From assembly GCA_034104265.1 (NCBI GenBank), contig JAXEEE010000058.1:1729-65728 (forward strand): a stretch of 64,000 bases of DNA, written 5' to 3'. A model generated the notes under the pieces. That model was not told the DNA's origin. It searched no databases and worked only from the letters and a program-made list of their open reading frames with translations. Positions within the stretch are counted from its first letter, which is position 1. Every line of letters starts with the position of its first letter. Origin of the DNA: Eubacteriales bacterium (GTDB lineage: Bacteria > Bacillota > Clostridia > Christensenellales > Aristaeellaceae). The translations under genes and the position numbers were made by a program. This document shows positions 9,708-17,965 of the stretch, piece after piece.

Positions 9708-10441
9708 TCCGCCTGCACCTCCGTCTCGGTCAGCTCCAGGAAGAGCTGCTCCAGGGACGCGCTCCTTTCGCCCGAGCGCAATTCGTCCATGGTACCCTGG
9801 GCCACCAGGCGGCCCTTGTCGATGATGGCGATCTCGTCGCAGAGCTTCTCCGCCACCTCCAGCACATGGGTGGAGAAGAACACGGTGTTGCCTGCGTCGC
9901 AGTGGCGGCGCATCTCCTGCTTGAGGATGTGGGCCGCCCGGGGATCCAGGCCCACCATGGGCTCATCCAGCACCCAAACGGGGGGATTGTGGATCAGCGC
10001 GCCGATGACGGTCAGCTTCTGCTTCATGCCCCGGGAGTAGCTGCGGATGGGATCCCCTGCCGCATCCTCCAGCTCGAACAGCGCCAGATACTTCTCGATA
10101 TGCTCCTGACGGCGTTTGGCGTCCACGCCATAGATATCCGCCAGAAAGCGCAGATATTCCAGACCCGTCAGCCGCTCGTACAGCTCGTGCCCGTCCGGCA
10201 CAAAGCCGATGCACTGCTTGGCTGCCACAGGCTCCTTCGCCATGTCCCTGCCGTCGATCAGCACCCGGCCCGACGTGGGCGACAGGATGCCGGTCATCAG
10301 GCGGATGCTTGTGGTTTTCCCAGCCCCATTTGGGCCTATAAAGCCGTAAACCTTGCCCCGGCCCACGTGCAGGCTCAGGTCGTCCACCGCCTTCACGCCG
10401 CCCTTGCCGTACTGCTTGGTCACATGCTCAAACGTAATCAT
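9704..10441 (-). CDS. ABC transporter ATP-binding protein
   Basis: Walker A (GPNGAGKTT), signature (YSRGMKQKL), Walker B (VWVLDEP). Confidence 0.9.
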   Translation of the reverse strand: MITFEHVTKQYGKGGVKAVDDLSLHVGRGKVYGFIGPNGAGKTTSIRLMTGILSPTSGRVLIDGRDMAKEPVAAKQCIGFVPDGHELYERLTGLEYLRFLADIYGVDAKRRQEHIEKYLALFELEDAAGDPIRSYSRGMKQKLTVIGALIHNPPVWVLDEPMVGLDPRAAHILKQEMRRHCDAGNTVFFSTHVLEVAEKLCDEIAIIDKGRLVAQGTMDELRSGERSASLEQLFLELTETEVQAE

Positions 10442-10538
10442 GATCCCTCAACCTCCTTGTGCAAGAGCATAGCACAAGGGGAACTGTCTGTCCATGCATG
10501 CAGTCGGAAAAGCGCGTTTTCCCGCTCCAAAACATCAC

Positions 10539-10868
10539 TTATATGCCCAATAGACGGATGAGGATCATATAGACCGCCGTACCTCCCGCGATGGAGAGGA
10601 TCATCTGCCGCTTCCACACATGCAGCGCCGCCGTCACCGCCACGGCGATCAGCGCAGGCGCACCGTAGGGGGCGGTCGTCAGGCTGACGTCCTTGAAGCA
10701 ATAGACCAGCAGCATCATCATGACCGCCCGGGGCAGCTGATTCCCAAGCCAAGTGATGAAGGCCGGGGACTGCTTCCCCGAGGGGAACAGCAGGAAGGGT
10801 GCAGTGCGGAGCAGGATGGTCACCCCCGCCGCGATGAGCACCGTGATCAGAACCTGCATGGCTGTCAT
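10539..10868 (-). CDS. azlD: Branched-chain amino acid exporter small subunit AzlD
   Basis: 109-aa hydrophobic protein overlapping azlC by 4 nt. AzlD-like sequence (LRTAPFLLF...). Confidence 0.8.
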   Translation of the reverse strand: MTAMQVLITVLIAAGVTILLRTAPFLLFPSGKQSPAFITWLGNQLPRAVMMMLLVYCFKDVSLTTAPYGAPALIAVAVTAALHVWKRQMILSIAGGTAVYMILIRLLGI

Positions 10869-11590
10869 GCACGCACGCCTCCCTTCACAGCCTGGTACCT
10901 AAGGAAGAAGCACCCCAGCATCAGCGTCATGGCCATCAGCAGGAAGCTGTCCTTCCCCACGATCATCAGACTGCCCAGGGTGGCAACCAGCCCCAGCAGC
11001 GCAGGAAAGGCCGCGTCGGCAAGCCACATCTCCCCTGCACGGTACGCCTTCACCGCAACCATGGTCTGCTCCGTGACAATCACGGAGAAAAGCGCCGTCA
11101 TGGCGAAATCGATGCCCGTCAGGTCAAAGGGAAGAGCCTGGCCCAGGGCTATGCCGATCACCGAACCCGCCACCCAGTATACCTGATCCAGCAGGGACAC
11201 CGCCGCGTACCAGCCGGGCTTGTCCTCCGCGTCTTCCGGCGCGCCGTTGCACACCAGAGAGTAGGTTTCGTCCGTCAGGGCGAAAACCAGGTAGGGCTTG
11301 TACCTGCCCGTATCCGCATACTTGTCCAGCATGCTCAGCCCGTAAAAGATATGCCGGGCGTTGACCAGCAGCGTCATCAGCGCCATGGTCACCGGCGCAA
11401 AGGGCTGGGTCATCGCGCCCAGCATGGCGAACTGCATGGAGCCAGCGTATACCGTCGTGCTGATGAGCAGCGCCCATTCCATGCCGAAGCCCTTCTCCCG
11501 CAGCGCCACGCCATAGGCAATCCCCAGGAACAGATAGCCTGCCATCACCGGCAGCGTCCTGGGGAACGCCTTTTTCATCATTCGGAACAT
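10865..11590 (-). CDS. azlC: Branched-chain amino acid exporter AzlC
   Basis: AzlC-like sequence (PVMAGYLFLGIAYGV..., GSMQF, ALTDETY) and AzlC-like length of 241 aa. Confidence 0.85.
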   Translation of the reverse strand: MFRMMKKAFPRTLPVMAGYLFLGIAYGVALREKGFGMEWALLISTTVYAGSMQFAMLGAMTQPFAPVTMALMTLLVNARHIFYGLSMLDKYADTGRYKPYLVFALTDETYSLVCNGAPEDAEDKPGWYAAVSLLDQVYWVAGSVIGIALGQALPFDLTGIDFAMTALFSVIVTEQTMVAVKAYRAGEMWLADAAFPALLGLVATLGSLMIVGKDSFLLMAMTLMLGCFFLRYQAVKGGVRA

Positions 11591-11628
11591 TCCTGTCTGA
11601 CCTTCCTTTATCCAGAAAAATCCTTCCC

Positions 11629-11658
11629 ATTATAATTCCGGCTGCGGTGGCCTGTCAA
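11629..11658 (-). promoter_or_regulatory. Putative sigma-A promoter for azlCD
   Basis: On the minus strand: consensus TTGACA, 18-nt spacer, TATAAT, about 35 nt upstream of the azlC start. Confidence 0.55.
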
Positions 11659-11699
11659 CGGGAGGGCCTGGCTTTGTTCTGTTTTTATCGGATGGACGC

Positions 11700-11728
11700 T
11701 TGACATGCCTGCCTGTCTGTGCTACGCT
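11700..11728 (+). promoter_or_regulatory. Putative sigma-A promoter for the MATE transporter gene
   Basis: TTGACA (11700-11705), 17 nt, TACGCT (11723-11728). Confidence 0.4.
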
Positions 11729-11790
11729 TGATTCGTTTGCGCCGCGATGCGGCGATTCCAATGCGAATGAAGCGAGGCGTTATTCCGTCC

Positions 11791-13152
11791 ATGAGCAGCC
11801 ATGCACGCCGTATGACGGAGGGCCCTATCTGGAAGCACATTGTCGTGTTTGCCCTCCCGGTTTTCCTTGGCAGCCTGTTCCAGCAGATGTACAACGTGGT
11901 GGACAGCCTGGTGGTGGGCAACTTCCTGGGCAGCGAGGCCCTGGCGGCGGTGGGCTCCTCCTCCAGCCTGATTTTCCTGCTGACCGGCCTGTTCCAGGGC
12001 ATCTTCATCGGCGCGGGTGTGGTGGTCAGCCGCTACTGGGGGGCGCAGGATGATTCAAATGTGTCCCTGGCGGTGCATACGTCGGTGTCCTTCGGCATCC
12101 TGGCGGGGCTGATCCTGACGGTGCTGGGCGTGACATGCGCGCCGGTGATCCTCCGCTGGATGGGTACTCCGGCGGAGGTGCTGCCCCTGTCGCTGACCTA
12201 CTTCCGGGTGTACTTCGGGGGCGTGCTGTCGGTGGTCATGTACAACACCGCCAACGGCATCTTCAACGCCCTGGGCGACAGCCGCCATCCGCTGTATTAT
12301 CTGATCGTTTCCTCCATCCTGAACGTGGCGCTGGACCTTTTGTTCGTAGGCTGGCTGGGCTTCGGGGTGGCGGGCGCGGCAGTGGCCACGGTCATTTCCC
12401 AGTCCGTAAGCGCGTTGCTGGGGCTCTACCGGCTCAGCCAAACCACGGAAGCCTATCGCATCCGCCCCTCCCGGATCAGGCTGAACCTGGGCATGACCCG
12501 GCAGATTCTGCGCATGGGCATACCCTCCGGCGTGCAGAATTCCATCATTTCCCTGGCCAACCTGGTGGTGCAGAGCCACATCAACGCCTTCGGTGCGCTG
12601 GCCATGGCGGGCTGCGGCGCGTATACCAAGATCGAGGGCTTCGGCTTCCTGCCCATCACCAGCTTTGCCATCGCCATGACAACCTTCATCGGCCAGAACC
12701 TTGGCGCGAAGCAGTATGACCGTGCCAAGAAGGGCGCTGCCTTTGGCATCGTTTCCTGCATGCTGCTGGCGGAACTGGTGGGCGTGGGCATCAATGTGTT
12801 CGCACCGCGGCTGATCGGCCTGTTCGACCAGAATCCTGACGTGATCGCCTTTGGCGTAACCCAGGCCCGGACGGTGACGCTGTTCTACTTCCTGCTGGCC
12901 TGCTCCCACGGCATCGCGGGTGTGCTGCGTGGCGCGGGGCGGGCGATTGTCCCCATGCTGGTGATGCTGGTGTGCTGGTGCCTGATCCGCGTCAGCTACA
13001 TTACCATCGTCACACCCATTGTAGGGAACATCCAGTCCATCTTCTGGGCCTATCCGCTGACCTGGACGCTCAGCAGCATCTGCTTCCTGATCTACCTGTT
13101 CAAGGCGGACTGGGTTCATGCCTACGCCAGGGCGCATCCGGAAAACGCCTGA
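11791..13152 (+). CDS. MATE-family efflux transporter
   Basis: Typical N-terminus (GPIWKHIVVFALPVFLGSLFQQMYNVVDSLVVG) and 12 TM segments. The start is uncertain; in-frame alternatives are 11719, 11761 and 11812. Confidence 0.85.
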   Translation: MSSHARRMTEGPIWKHIVVFALPVFLGSLFQQMYNVVDSLVVGNFLGSEALAAVGSSSSLIFLLTGLFQGIFIGAGVVVSRYWGAQDDSNVSLAVHTSVSFGILAGLILTVLGVTCAPVILRWMGTPAEVLPLSLTYFRVYFGGVLSVVMYNTANGIFNALGDSRHPLYYLIVSSILNVALDLLFVGWLGFGVAGAAVATVISQSVSALLGLYRLSQTTEAYRIRPSRIRLNLGMTRQILRMGIPSGVQNSIISLANLVVQSHINAFGALAMAGCGAYTKIEGFGFLPITSFAIAMTTFIGQNLGAKQYDRAKKGAAFGIVSCMLLAELVGVGINVFAPRLIGLFDQNPDVIAFGVTQARTVTLFYFLLACSHGIAGVLRGAGRAIVPMLVMLVCWCLIRVSYITIVTPIVGNIQSIFWAYPLTWTLSSICFLIYLFKADWVHAYARAHPENA

Positions 13153-13162
13153 CCTACACAAC

Positions 13163-13201
13163 AAATGCCGCAGGGAACGCTTCATGCTCCCTGCGGCATT
13201 T
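13163..13201. terminator. Bidirectional terminator between the MATE gene and tex
   Basis: 14-bp inverted repeat AAATGCCGCAGGGA / TCCCTGCGGCATTT with an 11-nt loop. Confidence 0.8.
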
Positions 13202-13202
13202 C

Positions 13203-15371
13203 TTATTTCGGCTGATTGCCCTGGGCGGGCCTGCGCATGGTCAGGCTGATGCGGCCCTTCTGCTTGTCCACCTGCAAAACCCACACTGTCACTACATCAC
13301 CCACCCGGGCGGCCTCGCTGGGATGGCGGATGCGCCGGTCGGCCATCTGGCTCACATGCACCAGACCGTCATGATGCACGCCGATGTCCACGAACGCGCC
13401 GAAGTCCGTCACGTTGCGCACCGTGCCCTTCAGCTCCATCCCGGGCACCAGGTCGTCCATGTCCATCACGTCCGTGCGGAGAACAGGTGGCGGCAGCTCG
13501 TCGCGGGGGTCGCGGCCCGGCTTGGACAGCTCAGTTACAATGTCCCGCAGCGTAGGCTCGCCGCAGTCCAGCTCCCTGGCCAGCGTCGGCAGCCCCACGG
13601 CTTCCGCCTGCTCCCGCAGCGCGCCTGTGGCAGCCTGGGCGGGCGTCAGGCCGAAGCGCTTCAGCAGCGCCTTGGCCACAGCGTAGCTTTCCGGATGCAC
13701 GCCGGTGTTCTCCATCAGGTCCTTCCCGCCCGGGATGCGCAGGAAGCCTGCGCACTGCTCGAAGGCTTTGGGCCCCAGCTTGGGCACCTTCTTTAGCTGC
13801 GCTCGGGATGCGAAGGGGCCGTTCTCCTCGCGATAGGCGACGATGTTCTTCGCTACCGTGGCGTTGATACCCGCCACGTGGCTGAGCAGCGATGGGCTGG
13901 CGGTGTTCACGTCCACGCCCACGCTGTTCACGCAATCCTCCACCACGCCGTCCAGGGCCGCGTCTAGCTCGCTCTCCTTCAGGTCGTGCTGGTACTGGCC
14001 CACACCGATGGCCTTGGGGTCGATCTTCACCAGCTCCGCCAGAGGATCCTGCAGACGCCTGGCGATGGACACCGCGCTGCGCAGGCTCACATCGAACTGG
14101 GGGAATTCCTCCGCAGCCAGCTTGCTGGCGGAATACACCGACGCCCCCGCCTCGCTGACCACCATGTAGGACAGCTTCACCTCGCCCTGCATTTCATGCA
14201 CCACCTGGGCGAAAAACTGCTCCGTCTCTCGCCCGGCAGTGCCGTTGCCGATGGCCGCGATGGTTACGCCGTGCTTGCGGATCAGCTGCTTCACCGTGGC
14301 TTTGGCCTGCTCAACCCGGCCATGGGCGGGCAGCGGGAAAATCACGCCGGTGTCCAGCACCCGGCCCGTAGCGTCCACCACGGCTACCTTGCACCCCGTG
14401 CGGATGCCGGGATCCAGCCCGATGGCCACCTTCCCGCGCACCGGGGGCTGCATCAGCAGGGGCTTCAGGTTCAGCGCAAAAACGCGGATGGCTGCCGCCG
14501 ACGCCCGATCCGTCAGATCACCCCGCAGCTCCGTCTCGATGGAAGGGGCGATCAGCCGGGTGTAGGCGTCCTCGCAGGCACGCTGGACGTACTGCGTGGC
14601 CAGGCTCCCGGTGTGGGCCACGTAATCCGCCTGAATGATGCCCTGAGCCGCGGTCTCGCTGACCTCCAGCTTCACCTTCAGGAAGCCCTCCTTTTCGCCC
14701 CGGTTCATGGCAAGCACCCGGTGGGAAGGCATCAGCTTCCAGGGCTCGGAGCGGTCGTAGTACATGCGGTAGACGCTGTCCTCCTCGCCGGCAGGGCGGG
14801 TGGCCATCACGCCATCCCGGCGGCAGAGGGCCTTCAGCTTGGTACGCACAGCTGGATCATCGCTGATCTTCTCGGCAATGATGTCCATGGCGCCCTGCAG
14901 CGCGTCCTCTGCCGTGGCTACGCCCTTTTCCGGATCAACATAGCCTGCAGCCAGCTCTTCTGCCGTGCTTGCCTTGGACAGCTGCAGCAGCAGCATGTCC
15001 GCCAGGGGCGCCAGCCCCTTCTCCCGGGCGATCATGGCCCGGGTGCGGCGCTTGGGCCGGTAGGGGCGGTAGATGTCCTCCAGCTGCCCCATGGTGGCTG
15101 CCTGATCCAGCGCAGCCTGCAGCTCCTCTGTCCAGACCTCCAGCTTCTTCAGTGACTCGGCAATTTCGTTCCGGCGACTCTCCAGGTTTCGCAGGGCGGT
15201 CAGCCGGTCAGCAATGTCGCGCAGCTTCTGATCGTCCAGCTCGCCGTGCTGCTCCTTGCGGTAGCGGGCGATGAAGGGCAGCGTGCAGCCCTCGTCCAGC
15301 AGGCGGATCACCGCCTCGGCCTGCCAGGGGGCAATATGAAATTCAGCGCATAAGGTTTCGACAATCGTCAT
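13203..15371 (-). CDS. tex: Tex-like transcription accessory protein with a C-terminal S1 RNA-binding domain
   Basis: N-terminal Tex signature (LDEGCTLPFIARYRKE), a YqgF/HhH middle region, and a C-terminal S1 domain (GTVRNVTDFGAFVDIGVHHDGLVHVS). Confidence 0.9.
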   Translation of the reverse strand: MTIVETLCAEFHIAPWQAEAVIRLLDEGCTLPFIARYRKEQHGELDDQKLRDIADRLTALRNLESRRNEIAESLKKLEVWTEELQAALDQAATMGQLEDIYRPYRPKRRTRAMIAREKGLAPLADMLLLQLSKASTAEELAAGYVDPEKGVATAEDALQGAMDIIAEKISDDPAVRTKLKALCRRDGVMATRPAGEEDSVYRMYYDRSEPWKLMPSHRVLAMNRGEKEGFLKVKLEVSETAAQGIIQADYVAHTGSLATQYVQRACEDAYTRLIAPSIETELRGDLTDRASAAAIRVFALNLKPLLMQPPVRGKVAIGLDPGIRTGCKVAVVDATGRVLDTGVIFPLPAHGRVEQAKATVKQLIRKHGVTIAAIGNGTAGRETEQFFAQVVHEMQGEVKLSYMVVSEAGASVYSASKLAAEEFPQFDVSLRSAVSIARRLQDPLAELVKIDPKAIGVGQYQHDLKESELDAALDGVVEDCVNSVGVDVNTASPSLLSHVAGINATVAKNIVAYREENGPFASRAQLKKVPKLGPKAFEQCAGFLRIPGGKDLMENTGVHPESYAVAKALLKRFGLTPAQAATGALREQAEAVGLPTLARELDCGEPTLRDIVTELSKPGRDPRDELPPPVLRTDVMDMDDLVPGMELKGTVRNVTDFGAFVDIGVHHDGLVHVSQMADRRIRHPSEAARVGDVVTVWVLQVDKQKGRISLTMRRPAQGNQPK

Positions 15372-15389
15372 GGCTCTTCTCCTGTTCTA

Positions 15390-16595
15390 TCATGATCGGC
15401 CGTTTCGTCCTGCCAGGATGCCGCTGCCGAAGGCGAACATCAGGTTGAAGCCGCCGCAGTCGCCGTCCACGTCCAGCACCTCGCCTGCTGCGTGAAGCCC
15501 CGGTACCAGCCGGGATGCCATGGTGGCGGGGTCGAACTCGCGGCAGTCAGCGCCGCCCCGGGTTACCTGCGCCGCGTCAAAGCCCTTCACACCCCGGATT
15601 TCCAGTGGCCAATCCGTCAGAAGGTTCGCCAGCATGGCGGCCTCGCTTCGCTTCAGACTGCCGATGAGACGATTCTTCCACTGGATTCCGGCAGCTGTGC
15701 ACAGGGCAGAGGCCAATCTCGGTACGCACAGGCCCGTCATCAGCCGCTCCATGGGCTGATCATGCCAATGCTCCCGGCGGCGCATCAGCTCCTGCAGCGC
15801 GTCATCCCGGTCAGCAAAGCCCATACCCTCCATAAAGGACAACGACAGTACTCTGCCCTGACGGGCGCAGCGGGCGCACTGCATCACGCACACGCCGCTC
15901 ATGCCGTAGTCGGTGAACAGTGCCTCGCCGCTTTCCTCATGGAGTACCCGGCTTGCATCCTGCACACGGACGCGGCATTTCACCCGAATGCCGGACAGCC
16001 CGCGAATGGGCGCGGGATCCGTGATGATCTGCGTCAGGCAGGGCTCCGGGCGAATGATATGATGCCCCAGGGCCGCCAGCAGATCGTAGCAGCTGCCGTC
16101 GCTGCCCAGCTTGGGCTGAGCGCAGCCGCCGCCGGTGATAATCACCCGCGCTGCGCGCCAGCGGTTCTCCCCAGCTGAGACAGTAAAGCCCCGCTTTCCG
16201 GGCATCACGGCATCCACATGAACCCCTGTGATGATGTCCACATGCAGCGCGTCCATGGCCAGCCGGAGGGTATCCAGCACCGTGGAGGCCTGTCCGCTGA
16301 CAGGATACACCCTGCCGCCCTCCTCCGTGCGCAGGCGAAGGCCCAGCCTTGCCCAGAACTGCCGCTGCTCCGCTGCCCCGCACCCGGACAGGATTTCCGC
16401 AGCGAAGGCGCCTCCGCCGGGATAGCGGGGAGCGCCGTCGTTCATCAGGTTGCAGCGGCCGTTTCCGGTGGCCAGCAGCTTTTTGCCCACGCGATCCATG
16501 CGTTCCAGCAGAAGCACGCTGTCCCCCAGCGACGCGGCTTCAATGGCTGCGGCCATGCCTGCCGCGCCCCCGCCAATGATGATAACCTCCGCCAT
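15390..16595 (-). CDS. NAD(P)/FAD-dependent oxidoreductase, HI0933/BaiN-like flavoprotein
   Basis: GGGAAGMAAA dinucleotide-binding motif, and GNGRCN and HI0933-family C-terminal motifs (VTRGG, AGEVLDVDGDCGGFNL). The ATG at 16595 follows GGAGG. Confidence 0.85.
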   Translation of the reverse strand: MAEVIIIGGGAAGMAAAIEAASLGDSVLLLERMDRVGKKLLATGNGRCNLMNDGAPRYPGGGAFAAEILSGCGAAEQRQFWARLGLRLRTEEGGRVYPVSGQASTVLDTLRLAMDALHVDIITGVHVDAVMPGKRGFTVSAGENRWRAARVIITGGGCAQPKLGSDGSCYDLLAALGHHIIRPEPCLTQIITDPAPIRGLSGIRVKCRVRVQDASRVLHEESGEALFTDYGMSGVCVMQCARCARQGRVLSLSFMEGMGFADRDDALQELMRRREHWHDQPMERLMTGLCVPRLASALCTAAGIQWKNRLIGSLKRSEAAMLANLLTDWPLEIRGVKGFDAAQVTRGGADCREFDPATMASRLVPGLHAAGEVLDVDGDCGGFNLMFAFGSGILAGRNGRS

Positions 16596-16708
16596 GGCTG
16601 CGCACCTCCTGTTGTTCCTCACAGATGACCATTATAGCTGATTTTTTCCGCCTGCGCAACTGCATAAGCCTGCGCCGCATGCCGTACACTGAAGCGGAGG
16701 TGATTTTC

Positions 16709-17197
16709 TTGACCACGCAGCCTGATGCGCCGCGGCCCGGATGGCGTTCCCTGACCGCGCTTCTGCTGATCACCCTGGGCGGAGGCGGCCTGGTTGCATT
16801 TCTCATCCGCGATCACATGGCTTTCTATGATGCGCTGAGCAAGCCGGTTTTCGCCCCGCCGGGGTGGGTGTTTCCTGTGGTGTGGACGCTGCTGTACATC
16901 GCCATGGCCACGGCTGTCTGGCTGGGGCTGCGCAGCGGATCCCCTGCCCGACTGAAGGCGCTGGCGCTCTACATTGCCCAGCTGGCGGTCAACCTGCTCT
17001 GGCCGGTGATCTTCTTCCTGCAACAGGCGCTGGGGCTGGCTTTCGTATGGCTGGTGCTTTTGTGGGCGCTGGCAGCCATCCTGACGGCCTGGCTGTTTCA
17101 GCTGAGCAGGCCTGCCGGGTGGCTGATGTTTCCCTACCTGGCATGGATCACCTTCGCTGGCGTGCTGAATTTCTGCATCGCCCGGATGAACCGGTAA
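16709..17197 (+). CDS. tspO: TspO/MBR-family tryptophan-rich sensory protein
   Basis: PPGWVFPVVWTLLY and WPVIFF motifs and five TM helices. A TTG start at 16709 follows GGAGG; an alternative ATG lies at 16679. Confidence 0.8.
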   Translation: MTTQPDAPRPGWRSLTALLLITLGGGGLVAFLIRDHMAFYDALSKPVFAPPGWVFPVVWTLLYIAMATAVWLGLRSGSPARLKALALYIAQLAVNLLWPVIFFLQQALGLAFVWLVLLWALAAILTAWLFQLSRPAGWLMFPYLAWITFAGVLNFCIARMNR

Positions 17198-17201
17198 ACA
17201 G

Positions 17202-17230
17202 AAGCAGGCAGCAACGGATGCTGCCTGCTT
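17202..17230. terminator. Bidirectional terminator between tspO and the tRNA methyltransferase gene
   Basis: AAGCAGGCAGC, 7-nt loop, GCTGCCTGCTT. Confidence 0.75.
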
Positions 17231-17233
17231 TGC

Positions 17234-17965
17234 TTATGCCAGATGATAGATGGACTTCAGTTCGGCGGTCATTTCGCCGTCCTCCCGGTAGACGATCAGC
17301 GGCGGTTCGGGATGCAGCATGGGCTTGGCGTCCTTCATGGCCTCGATAAGCACCAGATTGGCAGGCTTGTCCATGCGAGGATAGACCAGCCGGAACCGCT
17401 TGGGGGCCAGATGCGCCTGCTGCAGCCCTTCCATGGCCTCCAGCATCCTGGGCGCAGGATAGACCATGCTGAACCTTCCCTTGCCCCGGAGCAGCCGGTA
17501 CGCCATGCGGTACCATGCCGTCAAGCCGCCCTCCTCCTGATGTCGGGCCAGACGAAGGGTATCCGATGGATTGTGCAGCGTTGCGCCGGGCAGGCCGTAG
17601 GGCGGGTTGCAGACGATAGCGTCCAGGCTCAGGGGCGCGATGACCTGATCGGCGTCTTCCACGGACAGCGCATGAACGGTAATCCGCTCCTCCAGGCCGT
17701 TGAGGCGCACCGTGCGACGGGCCATGTCCGCCATGTCTGCCTGGATCTCCAGCGCGTCGAATTGTGCACCCTTCCCGCGTCCGTACAGGAGCAGGGGCAG
17801 TATACCCGTTCCTGTGCCGAAATCCGCCACATGATCCCCGGGGGCAATCCGCGCAAAATCCGCCAGCAGCACAGCGTCCATGCCAAAGCGGAAGCCGCGC
17901 TCCTTCTGCAGGATGCGCAGCCCTGCCAGCTGCAGGCTGTCCAGCCGTTCGCCGGGGAGGATCAT
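17234..17965 (-). CDS. tRNA (adenine37-N6)-methyltransferase, TrmN6/YfiC-like
   Basis: SAM-binding motif DFGTGTGILPL and NPPY catalytic motif. Start MILPGERL at 17965 overlaps (ATGA) the stop of the upstream SpoIID-SH3 gene. Confidence 0.75.
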   Translation of the reverse strand: MILPGERLDSLQLAGLRILQKERGFRFGMDAVLLADFARIAPGDHVADFGTGTGILPLLLYGRGKGAQFDALEIQADMADMARRTVRLNGLEERITVHALSVEDADQVIAPLSLDAIVCNPPYGLPGATLHNPSDTLRLARHQEEGGLTAWYRMAYRLLRGKGRFSMVYPAPRMLEAMEGLQQAHLAPKRFRLVYPRMDKPANLVLIEAMKDAKPMLHPEPPLIVYREDGEMTAELKSIYHLA

